In this document: one piece after another, positions 1-8,907 of the stretch
How the letters are laid out: each line of letters begins with the position of its first letter
Numbering within the stretch: position 1 is the first letter of the stretch
Origin: Capsulimonadaceae bacterium
Lineage (GTDB): Bacteria; Armatimonadota; Armatimonadia; Armatimonadales; Capsulimonadaceae
DNA length: 64,000 nt
Assembly (NCBI GenBank): GCA_965215505.1
Contig: OZ244065.1
Span: 4,320,001 to 4,384,000, forward strand
Reading direction: 5' to 3'
Made by a program: the position numbers and the translations under genes
The notes under the pieces: model-generated
What the model was told of the DNA's origin: nothing
What the model saw: only the letters and a program-made list of their open reading frames with translations
The model's database searches: none

Positions 1-984
1 CGGCCCGATCACGCCACCGACCGAGAACGGCCGGTCCTGGAAGATGCGCCCCACCGTCTTGATCGGGGCACCGATCTTGGTGGAGTCCTGATAGGAGGGG
101 AAGACGTCCACCACATAGGCCGTGGTCAGGGCGGCATCAATCGGCCCCAGGCTGGTGAAGGGGTGCCCGAACAGCAGGAGCCGGTTGCCGTCGCGGTAGG
201 TCACGGTCCCGGTCGCCGTCAGGTCCATGTCGCCCTGCACCAGCGAGACGCCCACGGCGGAGCCGGGAACGAGGGTCGCCCCCTTTGCCAAGGGGTTCGT
301 GTCCGTGTCCCCGCCCGCCCCGCCGCCTGCCATGACGTTGAAGTGGAACGGCGACAAAGACTGGTTCAGCCGGCTGATGTTCTGCGCGCTGAACCCGCTC
401 GCCATCAGCGGCAGGTCGCCGCCGGAAAAGTTCGGCAACGCCACCCCCGCGCTCATGTTCCCGTTCAGACCCGCACCCATCGCCGTAGGCGGCCTGGCGC
501 TGAGGGAAGAAGGCTTGGCGGGCAGGTCGGGACTCCAGGCGTCGAACATGTACTCAATGGGCGTCGCGTACCCGATGGGGTCCTTGGCGAATTGGTTGCC
601 CAGCGAGATCGCGCCCACGAGCCGCCCGCCGATATAGATGGGGCTGCCGCTCATGCCGTGCGCGATCTCCATGTGCCGGGCGACGACCGGCCCGTCCAGC
701 ACGCGGAAGGCGATATAGTCCTTGCCCTCGTTGAACTTGGAGACGACGCCCAGTATCTCGACCCCGAAGCGGGTGATCTTGGTGCCTTTAAAGACGGTCA
801 GCGCGTAGCCCTTCATGCCGGGGCGCAGCTCACTGACGTGCATGAACTTCTTCGAGTCCCACTGAAGCCGCTGGCTCGGCGCGGGGTGGGTGACGGGCAC
901 GGGTGGCCGGGCGTCGGCACTCCCGGCAGCCAGCAGGAAGGCGGCCAGCGCGGTGCCGAGAGCGAAACGAGGGAGTTGCTTCAT
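1..984 (-). CDS. SpoIVB peptidase S55 domain secreted protein (runs off window start)
   Basis: Manual minus-strand translation from ATG at 984: signal peptide MKQLPRFALGTALAAFLLA, then LRPGMKGYALTVFKGTKITRFGVEILGV...IAHGMSGSPIYIGGRLVGAIS...YATPIEYM, typical S55 motifs. Absent from the ORF track because no stop lies in the window. Confidence 0.85.
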   Translation of the reverse strand, partial: MKQLPRFALGTALAAFLLAAGSADARPPVPVTHPAPSQRLQWDSKKFMHVSELRPGMKGYALTVFKGTKITRFGVEILGVVSKFNEGKDYIAFRVLDGPVVARHMEIAHGMSGSPIYIGGRLVGAISLGNQFAKDPIGYATPIEYMFDAWSPDLPAKPSSLSARPPTAMGAGLNGNMSAGVALPNFSGGDLPLMASGFSAQNISRLNQSLSPFHFNVMAGGGAGGDTDTNPLAKGATLVPGSAVGVSLVQGDMDLTATGTVTYRDGNRLLLFGHPFTSLGPIDAALTTAYVVDVFPSYQDSTKIGAPIKTVGRIFQDRPFSVGGVIGP

Positions 985-1077
985 AGAGTAGGGTATTTCT
1001 TGCCGTATGTTTTTGTCGCGGGCTGAGGCTAGAGATCGTTTAGTCGCTGATGCTATGTGTTGACAAGGCGGGACGAG

Positions 1078-1103
1078 GGACGAGTGATTTCAATCACTCG
1101 TCC
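1078..1103. repeat. REP-like palindrome GGACGAGTGATTTCAATCACTCGTCC
   Basis: Inverted repeat GGACGAGTGA/TCACTCGTCC; related to the palindromes at 31994-32141. Confidence 0.6.
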
Positions 1104-1131
1104 TGATGGCTGGCTCTCATCCCGTTCTTAA

Positions 1132-1533
1132 CTACGCGCTCTTGGCGTAGACTTGTTCCGGGTCGAACTGGGGCGCGGTGATCGTCCGCCACTCCTCGCC
1201 CTCATCCGCCACTTCGCGGTAGTAGCAGGTGGGGTGCCCCGTATGGCAGGTCGCGCCGACGGGCCGGGCCAGGACCAGCAGCGAGTCGTCGTTGCAGTTG
1301 ACCCGCAGCGAGACGAAGTCCAGGGTATTCCCGCTGGTTTCCCCTTTGGTCCAGAGCTTCTGCCGGGAGCGCGTCCAGAACGTCACCTTGCCCGCCCGCA
1401 GCGTCTTTTCTAGAGCGGCGCGGTTCATGAAGCCGAGCATCAGGACGTCTTTGGTGTCCGCGTCCTGCACGACGGCGGGGACCAGGCCGCCTTCGGCCCT
1501 GTCCCAGCGAATTTGTTCCACAATCGAGGTCAT
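1132..1533 (-). CDS. hisI: phosphoribosyl-AMP cyclohydrolase
   Basis: GLVPAVVQD..VLMLGFMN..FWTRSRQKLWTKGETSGN..CNDDSLL..TCHTGHPTCYY motifs; start placed at ATG 1533. Confidence 0.95.
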   Translation of the reverse strand: MTSIVEQIRWDRAEGGLVPAVVQDADTKDVLMLGFMNRAALEKTLRAGKVTFWTRSRQKLWTKGETSGNTLDFVSLRVNCNDDSLLVLARPVGATCHTGHPTCYYREVADEGEEWRTITAPQFDPEQVYAKSA

Positions 1534-1537
1534 AGAG

Positions 1538-2764
1538 TCACACCCGTAGGAAAAGTTTCCGGCGGCGCATCTCCAGCAGCGCCAGCCAGACGACGAAGAG
1601 GTAGCCCAGCGTGTAGGCCCAGCCGCCCCGGTACGGCCCGTAATGCATGATCGCCAGGTGCAGCCAGGCCTGCTCCAAGGTTTCGCGCGTCCCATTAGGC
1701 ATGGGCCAGGTCCAGACGCGCAGGATGAACACCTTGATCAAGATCGGCCCGACATAGGCCGCGATGGCGTTGGAGCCGTACACCACGAACGGGAAGGCCA
1801 GCCACGCCGGCCACTTCCAGCCGCTCGCGTCGATCAGGGCATAAAGAAGCGTCAACACGCCCCCGCCCAGCCCCGCTGTCAGCAAGATGTAGGAGGCGGT
1901 CCAGACCGGCTTGTTGTAAGGCAGGCTGAAATGCCAGGCCCAGCCGCCGGCCGCCAGCAGGCCGCTGAAAGCCAGCAGGACGATGACCTTCTCCACAGGC
2001 TTCCACCGCTCGCGCCGCAGGATGTCTCCGAAGACTGTCCCGATCAGCACCAGCGCCGCCGTCGGCACGACCGAAACCAGGCCGGAGAGGTGCAGTCTGT
2101 CAAGGTACGTCCGGTTCAGATACCAGATGGCGTTGGCTTCCTCGCGGAACGCCCCGCGCCCCAGGCCCGGCACCGGGAAGTGCTGGAGGACGGCGGCGTG
2201 CCCGGACAGAAGCCCCAGCGCGACCGGCAGCCGCAGCCACACCGGCAGGACCGAGAGCAAAGCCCCGGCCCCGTAAGCCAGCCCGATAAGCTGCAAGACG
2301 TTCAGGTCGAACACCGGCCGCTTCAGGAGACTTGAGTCGATCAGGCAGCCCAGGAAGACCAGCGCCAGGACCCGGCCCAGGGCGCGCAGGCCGTACCGCC
2401 AGCCCCCTGCCCCCTTCCGGCGCGCACCCGCCGCCGAGAACGGCAGGGCGACCCCGACGATCAGCAGGAACCACGGGAAGATCAGGTCGGCAAATCTCAG
2501 CCCGCCGTTCCAGGGCGCGTGCATGAGCTGCGCGGGCGTCCGTTCGTCCAGCGCGATGTTGTTGACCAGCAGCATCCCCGCCGTGGTCAGGCCCCGGAAA
2601 GCGTCCAGCGAAACCAGGCGCGTGCCGGACGGGCGCTTGGGGTCCGCCGTTTTAGGAGCCGCCATCTGAGGAGCCGCCATCTGAGGAGCCGCCATCTGAG
2701 GAGCCGCCATCTGAGGAGCGGCCTGTTCCTGTGAAGTCAGTTGTGGCGGCGCTTTGAGGGTCAT
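1538..2764 (-). CDS. heparan-alpha-glucosaminide N-acetyltransferase-like (NagX/DUF5009) membrane acyltransferase
   Basis: RLVSLDAFRGLT..MLLVNN..HAPWNG..ADLIFPWFL, NKPVWTASY, YGSNAI motifs; multi-pass hydrophobic. Confidence 0.85.
   Translation of the reverse strand: MTLKAPPQLTSQEQAAPQMAAPQMAAPQMAAPQMAAPKTADPKRPSGTRLVSLDAFRGLTTAGMLLVNNIALDERTPAQLMHAPWNGGLRFADLIFPWFLLIVGVALPFSAAGARRKGAGGWRYGLRALGRVLALVFLGCLIDSSLLKRPVFDLNVLQLIGLAYGAGALLSVLPVWLRLPVALGLLSGHAAVLQHFPVPGLGRGAFREEANAIWYLNRTYLDRLHLSGLVSVVPTAALVLIGTVFGDILRRERWKPVEKVIVLLAFSGLLAAGGWAWHFSLPYNKPVWTASYILLTAGLGGGVLTLLYALIDASGWKWPAWLAFPFVVYGSNAIAAYVGPILIKVFILRVWTWPMPNGTRETLEQAWLHLAIMHYGPYRGGWAYTLGYLFVVWLALLEMRRRKLFLRV
2655..2719 (-). repeat. 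15-bp tandem repeat (GGAGCCGCCATCTGA) x4+, encoding AAPQM
   Basis: Directly visible perfect tandem copies; in-frame at the N-terminus of the acyltransferase. Confidence 0.95.
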
Positions 2765-2815
2765 CCGGTGTTAATCCTGAGCGAACCCACCCCAGCACTT
2801 GTCGCGGGGCGGGGT

Positions 2816-3346
2816 CTAATCCAGCCACCGCGCCGCCACTGCCGTGCCTATCGCCAGAAAGGCCATAACAAGCACCGGAGCGCAGCCCTTCCCCTGGGCG
2901 AACTCCACCTGCCCCTTGACGTCATGGCGGGGGTTGTTCGCGGGCGGCTTGGACGAGTAATCGGGCGCGGAGATCGCGTACCGCGCGGGCGCGCGGCTGC
3001 CGCGCCAGACGTGCAGGGCGGCGTCGGTGTTGCTCGGCGGGTAGTTCGAGGTCACCTGGAACAGCGCCTCGCCGTCCTCGGCGTCTATCCGGCCCCCCTC
3101 CCAGCGCAGCCAGCTCGCGCCGGCCTCGTCGGTGAACCAGTGGATCGCCTGCCAGCCCGGCGGGGTCATCTCGTTCGTCACCGCCTCGGGGTAGGGGACG
3201 CGGCCCGGAGCGCCGCCGAAAAAATAGGGTCCGATGTCGAGCCGCGTGATCCCCGGCCCGTTCGCCTCCTCGGCGATGTTGAGCTGGTACATGAAGCCGG
3301 TCACGACCTGCATTGTCTCGACATACGGCGCTGTAATCATGGGCAT
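2816..3346 (-). CDS. hypothetical protein with C-terminal hydrophobic anchor
   Basis: 176-aa ORF with normal composition; ends KGCAPVLVMAFLAIGTAVAARWLD. Confidence 0.7.
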   Translation of the reverse strand: MPMITAPYVETMQVVTGFMYQLNIAEEANGPGITRLDIGPYFFGGAPGRVPYPEAVTNEMTPPGWQAIHWFTDEAGASWLRWEGGRIDAEDGEALFQVTSNYPPSNTDAALHVWRGSRAPARYAISAPDYSSKPPANNPRHDVKGQVEFAQGKGCAPVLVMAFLAIGTAVAARWLD

Positions 3347-3477
3347 CCTGGGGGCAATCCTCTTGAGTGGTGGGAGATCGGGCGGATACGGCGGATAAGA
3401 TGCGCTATTGTACCAGATTCCGCGCCCGTTTGCCTACACGCGGGCTGGAAACGCCGGGCCGTTCTTGACTCCCGTTC

Positions 3478-3507
3478 TTGACTTCCCGCCCCGCCGTGTG
3501 CTATACT
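3478..3507 (+). promoter_or_regulatory. sigma70-type promoter of rpsR
   Basis: TTGACT-18nt-TATACT with extended TG(n) -10. Confidence 0.65.
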
Positions 3508-3608
3508 CACGGGCATTCGTCTTCACGAAAATCACACACCCGCAAGTCGCACCGCCTCTCTCTTCGCCGAGAACGGGGCGGTGAGGATCGCAACGAGAGG
3601 ATTTCACC

Positions 3609-3902
3609 ATGGCTTACGGTGCCCCAAGCGGAGGCCCGCGCGGCGCGCGCCCCGGCGGTCCGGGCGGACCCGACCGCAACAAGAACCGGCGCTTCAAGCG
3701 GCGCAAGGTCAGTTCGCTGACCATCAACAAGATCAAGACGGTGGACTACAAGAACGTCACCCTCTTGAGGACGTTCACCGACGAGCGCGGCAAGATCATC
3801 CCCCGCCGCCGCTCCGGCGCGACCGCCAAGGAGCAGCGCATGATCGCCGTCTCCATCAAGCGCGCCCGCGAGATCGCCCTGCTGCCCTTCGTCAAGGATT
3901 AG
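3609..3902 (+). CDS. rpsR: 30S ribosomal protein S18
   Basis: [54 protein letters not shown] upstream. Confidence 0.97.
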   Translation: MAYGAPSGGPRGARPGGPGGPDRNKNRRFKRRKVSSLTINKIKTVDYKNVTLLRTFTDERGKIIPRRRSGATAKEQRMIAVSIKRAREIALLPFVKD

Positions 3903-3905
3903 TCG

Positions 3906-3938
3906 AAACGCCCCGGCCTGAACAGGCCGGGGCGTCTT
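3906..3938. terminator. hairpin after rpsR
   Basis: ACGCCCCGGCCTG-AA-CAGGCCGGGGCGT inverted repeat. Confidence 0.6.
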
Positions 3939-3953
3939 CGTTTGGAGGCCCGA

Positions 3954-4316
3954 ATGAACCGCCTGCTCCTGCTGACCATGCCCCTCGTTTTAACCGCTGT
4001 GGCCCCGGCGGCCCAGGCACAGACGCCGAAGAAGCCCGCGCCGACGACGGTCCCTGCGCCCGTGGTCGCTCCTGCGCCGAAGCCCGCTCCTGCGCCGAAG
4101 CCCGCGCCTGCGCCGAAGCCCGCGCCTGCCGATCCCCTCGCAGGCGTGCGCGTCCATCTCGCCGCCCTGCGCTCTCTGCCGCTGACCCAACCGCAGGCGG
4201 CCCTCCGGGCACCGCAGACCGTGCCACTCTCCTTCACGCCCTGGGCGCATGAGGTGCCGGTTGCGATGTCTCATGCTGCCGTCCAATCATCAGTCAGCTC
4301 CGGCTGTTTCCGCTGA
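3954..4316 (+). CDS. secreted Pro/Ala-rich hypothetical protein (APAPKP repeats)
   Basis: RBS GGAGG, signal peptide MNRLLLLTMPLVLTAVAPAAQA, 18-bp repeats encoding APAPKP. Confidence 0.7.
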   Translation: MNRLLLLTMPLVLTAVAPAAQAQTPKKPAPTTVPAPVVAPAPKPAPAPKPAPAPKPAPADPLAGVRVHLAALRSLPLTQPQAALRAPQTVPLSFTPWAHEVPVAMSHAAVQSSVSSGCFR

Positions 4317-4319
4317 CGG

Positions 4320-4356
4320 GAAAGCCCCGGCCCATGCGGGCCGGGGCTTTCTGCCG
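4320..4356. terminator. bidirectional hairpin, copy 1 of a 37-bp repeat
   Basis: GAAAGCCCCGGCCC-ATGC-GGGCCGGGGCTTTC between convergent genes; near-identical copy at 8344-8380. Confidence 0.75.
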
Positions 4357-4457
4357 CCTGAGCTACGGTCACTACAGGCGGCGCAAGGAGTTCGGTGTTA
4401 CTCTGCCGTTCGGTGTTTGGAAGTGTCCGCCTCTTCCAAGCCTTGGACATCCACCCT

Positions 4458-4835
4458 TCACCGTGCCCAGGGCGGTGCCCCGACCTCCGTTCCATCAGCC
4501 ATCGTCGCCCGCCCCTCTGCGGAAAGGCAGGCGATCAGATGAGCCGCCTCAGCGCCGGGGTTGCTTAACTGGAGCGGCGTGTGGGCCGGGACCGAGACAG
4601 CATCCCCGCCACTCACTTCCACGGGTTCGCCGGCGATGGTGAAGACGACCGAACCTCCCAGCACGAGAAAAACTTCCTCATGGTCCAGGTGATGCGGCGC
4701 ACTGACCGCGCCCGGCAGCGCCGTCACGCGCCAGGAAGAAAGTTCCGTCGCCCCCCGGCTTGGCGCCGTCTGCCCCGTGAACTCGAAGCCGGGTACACTG
4801 AATGTCGGCGCATCCGCGCCGCGTACAACTGCCAT
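4458..4835 (-). CDS. cupin domain protein
   Basis: PHHLDHEEVFLVLGG..GDAVSVPAHTP cupin motifs. Confidence 0.85.
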   Translation of the reverse strand: MAVVRGADAPTFSVPGFEFTGQTAPSRGATELSSWRVTALPGAVSAPHHLDHEEVFLVLGGSVVFTIAGEPVEVSGGDAVSVPAHTPLQLSNPGAEAAHLIACLSAEGRATMADGTEVGAPPWAR

Positions 4836-4883
4836 AGTGTGAGTCCTCCTTTTCGTGCGTGCGCCAAGCCTGCGAATGGCGCT

Positions 4884-4902
4884 TAGTAAGTCAGGCTTAC
4901 TA
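4884..4902. promoter_or_regulatory. putative MarR operator
   Basis: TAGTAAG-tcagg-CTTACTA perfect inverted repeat between divergent cupin and MarR genes. Confidence 0.6.
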
Positions 4903-4966
4903 TGTAGTTAGTGTACCTGTCTAAGTGGGCGCTGTCAACCCTGATGCGCTTCTTCGCGTGATTACC

Positions 4967-5446
4967 ATGAACAGAGAAACATCCTCCCCAGCCGGCACGG
5001 ACCACCGGCAGCTTCAAGAGCTCCGGGACAACCACATCGGGCGCTTGTTCCTGCAAGCGCACCGCGCCTTCGCCAAACGGAGCATCGGCAAACTCCGGGA
5101 GCGGGGGCATGACCACCTCACCCTGGCCCACACCGCCCTCCTCCCTCACCTCGATCTCGAAGGCACCACGGTCACAGTGCTGGCGGAACGGGCGGGGATG
5201 ACCAAACAATCCATGCGGCAACTGGTGCTTGACCTGGAAGCCAAAGGCTACGTCACGCGGGCTGACGATCCCAGTGACCGGCGGGCGACGCTCGTCACCT
5301 TCACGGAGGAAGGCTGGCGCTTTCTGCGTGACGCCCACGAGATCAAGAAGGAGATGCAGGCCGAGTATCTGGCGATTCTCGGTCAGGAGCGCATGGAAGC
5401 CTTGGAAAAGTCACTCGCAGAGATCATCCAGGAGGCCGGGTCATGA
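4967..5446 (+). CDS. MarR family transcriptional regulator
   Basis: TVLAERAGMTKQSMRQLVLDLEAKGYVTRADDPSDRRATLVTFTEEG winged helix. Confidence 0.9.
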   Translation: MNRETSSPAGTDHRQLQELRDNHIGRLFLQAHRAFAKRSIGKLRERGHDHLTLAHTALLPHLDLEGTTVTVLAERAGMTKQSMRQLVLDLEAKGYVTRADDPSDRRATLVTFTEEGWRFLRDAHEIKKEMQAEYLAILGQERMEALEKSLAEIIQEAGS

Positions 5447-5572
5447 ACTGGGACGGAGTCATGGCTGGGGCACCTGTTGTCCCCGGCCGTTCTGCGCCAG
5501 TGCCCTCTCGAAAGCGGCTTTCATCTCGGCCTCGGTCATTTTCGCCGTGATCCTGCCGACGCTCCTTCCTTT

Positions 5573-5764
5573 TCAGTCTCCCAGCCTCTCGATGAGGCCC
5601 ATCACCCAGCACAGGGGGCAGCCCCGCAGCGCGACCAGCCCGCCCACACCTAGAGCGAGCGCGAGCAGAATGTGGGGCGACCCAGCGACATACGAGCCGG
5701 CGAAGAGCGCGCCTGCGGCGGCGCCCCTGAGCAGATGCACACCCAACGAATTGCTCCCAAACAT
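5573..5764 (-). CDS. small membrane protein with GCPLCW (CxxC) motif
   Basis: 63 aa, two hydrophobic segments, RBS GAGGAGG-like upstream; follows the ECF sigma gene. Confidence 0.65.
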   Translation of the reverse strand: MFGSNSLGVHLLRGAAAGALFAGSYVAGSPHILLALALGVGGLVALRGCPLCWVMGLIERLGD

Positions 5765-5776
5765 ACTGACCTCCTC

Positions 5777-6292
5777 TCATGCCAGCAGGTGTTCACGCAC
5801 CAGTTGCCGCCCCCGGTAGAGGCGCGTCTTGACCGTCTCCGGCACCAGCCCCAGCCGCTCGGCGATCTCGCGGACGGTCATCTCCTCGAAGTCGCGCAGG
5901 AGGATCACGTCCCGGTAGATGGCGGGCAAGGACTGGACGGCCAGCGTGATGTCCATCCGCAGTTCTATGTCGGAATGGGCGGACAGGTATGCCTCCTCCT
6001 GGACCGCCTCCAGGTCGGCGTGGCCCGGCCGCATCAGCCGCAGGCACTCGCGGCGGACGATCTGGAATATCCACTGGGAGAAGGTCCCGACCGAGCGCAG
6101 CGCGGACACCTTGCGGTAGACGATGATCAGCGCCTCCTGCACGGCGTCCTCGGCGTCGGCGGTCGTCAAACAGGTCAGGGCGGCGTAGCGGCGCAGATTC
6201 GGGCGGCAGAGGATGAGCAGGCTTTCGAGCGCCGCCGCATCCCCCTGCCGCGCGGCCTCCAGGAGCCGCTTGTCGTGCTGCCCAGCCGTCAA
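5777..6292 (-). CDS. ECF-type sigma-70 factor
   Basis: AARQGDAAALE..DAEDAVQEAL..FSQWIFQIVRR..LPAIYRDVILLRDFEEMTVREIAERLG..TVKTRLYRGR; TTG start at 6292 overlaps the upstream stop. Confidence 0.9.
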   Translation of the reverse strand: MTAGQHDKRLLEAARQGDAAALESLLILCRPNLRRYAALTCLTTADAEDAVQEALIIVYRKVSALRSVGTFSQWIFQIVRRECLRLMRPGHADLEAVQEEAYLSAHSDIELRMDITLAVQSLPAIYRDVILLRDFEEMTVREIAERLGLVPETVKTRLYRGRQLVREHLLA

Positions 6293-6525
6293 GGTGTCTT
6301 CTCCGCGCGCTGCTTCTTGAGGTTCTGCTGGATGCGCCGCCCGGCCAGGGCGCACATGGGGCAGAAGCCGAAGAAGCCCGTCAGCACCGCGACCGCCCCG
6401 GAAGCCGCCAGGACATACCCGAGGGGCGTCCCCCTCATCCCGACCAGTCCGAAGGCGACCAGGGCGAACCCCGCGAGGACGCGAACCGCGCGCTCGGCCG
6501 CGGGGACATTCTTTGCGTAGATCAT
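6289..6525 (-). CDS. DUF2892 (YgaP-like) membrane protein
   Basis: KNVPAAERAVRV..LTGFFGFCPMCALAG motif. Confidence 0.85.
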   Translation of the reverse strand: MIYAKNVPAAERAVRVLAGFALVAFGLVGMRGTPLGYVLAASGAVAVLTGFFGFCPMCALAGRRIQQNLKKQRAEKTP

Positions 6526-6703
6526 TCTTCCGATTTCTCCTCTCCGTAATGATTGGCCTGCATTGACAAGAGGAGGGAAGTGGGCCGAAAAGTTTCAGCC
6601 CCTTTGACATGTTTTGGACGTCGAGGATTGATGGAACGCAAAAACGTCTCGGCCTGTTCAGGCCGGGGCTTCCTGCCGTCTAGCGGGCTTCCTGCCGTCT
6701 GGG

Positions 6704-7360
6704 CTAGGCTGGTGCCAGGCGGCGCAGAGCATCCAGGACCGCCGACGGCTCGGCCCGCTGCGAGTGGTCGGCAAAAACCTGAGCGAACTGAATGGTGCCG
6801 CCCCGGTCAATGACGAATGTTCCCGGCAGCGGCAGCTCGCGCGAGTCGTCGCCGTTAGCCTTCGGCAAGTCCACGCCGAACTGTCCCTGCAACTGATGGA
6901 TCGGATCGCCTAGCTTGTAAACGACGCCGAACTGCCGCGCGACGGAATTCCCCTGGTCGCTGAGAACGTCGTAACCTAGTTCCGCCGTTTCCGCAAAGGA
7001 CAGTGTCGCGTCCGGGGTCTGCGGCGAGATCGCCACCAGAGTCGCTCCCAGCGCCTTGATCTCCGGCAGGACCTCCTGGTAGGCGCGCACGGCCATGTTG
7101 CAGAACGGGCACCACGCGCCCCGGTAGAACATCACCACGACGGGGCCGCGCGCGCGCAGATCGGCCATCCGCACGGTCCGCCCGTGTGCGTCCGGGAGGG
7201 CGAAGTCGGGCGCATCCTGCCCGACCGAGAGGCTCCGCTCGGCGATGCCGGAATGGGAAAGTTCGCCGATCCATTCCTGGATCGTTTTGACTGCGGCTGG
7301 GGGTGCCTGCTTGAAGAAGTTCGTTTTGAACGCGGTGATCTGGGCTTCGAGTGTCGCCAT
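6704..7360 (-). CDS. peroxiredoxin-like AhpC/TSA family protein
   Basis: APDFALPD..VVMFYRGAWCPFCN..LVAISPQ..LPLPGTFVID. Confidence 0.9.
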   Translation of the reverse strand: MATLEAQITAFKTNFFKQAPPAAVKTIQEWIGELSHSGIAERSLSVGQDAPDFALPDAHGRTVRMADLRARGPVVVMFYRGAWCPFCNMAVRAYQEVLPEIKALGATLVAISPQTPDATLSFAETAELGYDVLSDQGNSVARQFGVVYKLGDPIHQLQGQFGVDLPKANGDDSRELPLPGTFVIDRGGTIQFAQVFADHSQRAEPSAVLDALRRLAPA

Positions 7361-7465
7361 GGGTTTCTCCTTGTGTTTTTTTGCATTGTGCGGTATTATT
7401 GTACCGCCGCCTCATAGCATGGGTCTATAATTAAAAGCGGCATAATCTTAAGCGAGCGTATCACA

Positions 7466-8338
7466 ATGGACTTTATCGGCGCGGCGTTGGAGAAGATGAA
7501 GGTGACGGCGGACGCCGTGGGCCACTCGGAGGTCTGCGCGCCCTGGCAGATGGAAGGGGGCGACCGGCTCCCGGCCGCGTACTACTTCCTGCGGGGGCGG
7601 GGGGAGATCGCCCTGGACGGGCAGGGGGCGCACCGCCTCGAAGCGGGCGACCTGATTTTCGTGCCGCGCGGGGAGAAGCATGTCGTCCGTGACGGCCCGG
7701 CACTGCCCGAGGGGGCGGGGAGGAGTCATTTCCTCCATGCGACGATTCAGGCGGAGATCGGCGGCGACTGCCCGTTCATCTCGGCGCTGCCGTCGCTGCT
7801 GATTCTGAGGGCCGGGGAGCGGGCGGACTGCCCCCATCTGGACACCCACTTGCAGAGTCTGGTCTGGGAGTCCGCCACCGGCGGACCCGCCTCGGAGCTG
7901 CTGCTGGCCCGTCTGTGGGAGGTCGTGTTCCTGCTGGCGTTCCGCACCTATCTCTCCCAGGCCACCCACCAGAACGCGACGGGATGGCTGGCCGCCATTC
8001 GGGACCCGCAGATGGCGCGGGCGTTGGGCGCGATCCAGGGCCAGCCGCACGTCCCCTGGACGGTGGAGGGTCTGGCGGCGGAGGCGGCGATGTCCCGCGC
8101 CACGTTCATTCGGCAGTTCACCCGCATCATGGGGGAGCCGCCGATGAAGTTCCTATACCTGCACCGGATGGGCGTCGCCGCCAGCCTGCTCCGTCAGGGC
8201 CAGGGTAATCTGGCTGCGGTCGCCGCCCGTGTCGGCTACGGCAGCGAGGCCGCGTTCAGCAATGCTTTTCACCGCTGCTACGGTTCTGCCCCCGGTGCGT
8301 ACCGCACCGCTCATCTGCGTGTCCCGCCGACTGCCTAA
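7466..8338 (+). CDS. AraC family regulator with N-terminal cupin
   Basis: PWTVEGLAAEAAMSRATFIRQF..VGYGSEAAFSNAFHRCYGSAPGAYR. Confidence 0.92.
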   Translation: MDFIGAALEKMKVTADAVGHSEVCAPWQMEGGDRLPAAYYFLRGRGEIALDGQGAHRLEAGDLIFVPRGEKHVVRDGPALPEGAGRSHFLHATIQAEIGGDCPFISALPSLLILRAGERADCPHLDTHLQSLVWESATGGPASELLLARLWEVVFLLAFRTYLSQATHQNATGWLAAIRDPQMARALGAIQGQPHVPWTVEGLAAEAAMSRATFIRQFTRIMGEPPMKFLYLHRMGVAASLLRQGQGNLAAVAARVGYGSEAAFSNAFHRCYGSAPGAYRTAHLRVPPTA

Positions 8339-8343
8339 ACACA

Positions 8344-8380
8344 GAAAGCCTCGGCCCATTCGGGCCGGGGCTTTCTGCCG
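8344..8380. terminator. bidirectional hairpin, copy 2 of the 37-bp repeat
   Basis: 35/37 identical to 4320-4356; between convergent genes. Confidence 0.75.
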
Positions 8381-8431
8381 TCCGGAGCGGCCATAATTCC
8401 CGCGCACCGATGGGCCGCGCTTCCAGCCGGC

Positions 8432-8776
8432 CTAATCGGTCTGAGCCGCCTCGCCCGCCCGCTCCAGGAATCGCTCCCCCCACTCCTGCATCGCCATCAG
8501 CACCGGGCGCAGTGTCCGCCCGTAATCGGTGAGCGAGTACTCCACCTTGGGCGGTATCTGCGCGTACACCTGCCGATGCACAATGCCATGCATTTCCAGT
8601 TCGCGCAGTTGCTGGGTGAGCATCTGCTGGCTCGCACAAGGGATCGCGCGCCCCAACTCTCCGAAACGACGCTCCCCATGAAGCAACTCGTGTAAGATCA
8701 ACGGCTTCCATTTGCCGCCGATGACGGAAAGGGTGGCCTCGACCGAACAGAGTTTGGTTTTCTTGGGCCGCCCCAT
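8432..8776 (-). CDS. HxlR family winged-helix regulator
   Basis: CSVEATLSVIGGKWKPLIL..RRFGEL..MLTQQLRELE..PPKVEYSLT. Confidence 0.93.
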   Translation of the reverse strand: MGRPKKTKLCSVEATLSVIGGKWKPLILHELLHGERRFGELGRAIPCASQQMLTQQLRELEMHGIVHRQVYAQIPPKVEYSLTDYGRTLRPVLMAMQEWGERFLERAGEAAQTD

Positions 8777-8907
8777 GTTCTCACTCCACTCCTCAGTCAG
8801 TTCTTCCAGAGTATGCCGGGGAAAAATGCGTTCTTGTTTCTGAAAACGCCAAGCGGTACACTGGACTGCCGCCGCAAAACATCGGGCGGCGTGAAAGGAA
8901 CCCTACC

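Noticed and set aside
163-1026. Plus-strand 287-aa ORF
   Set aside because: Antisense to the S55 peptidase gene, which has clear motifs on the minus strand.
2816-2890. GlyGly-/MYXO-CTERM-like sorting signal
   Set aside because: KGC plus a hydrophobic tail is suggestive, but there is no N-terminal signal peptide and only one basic residue after the helix.
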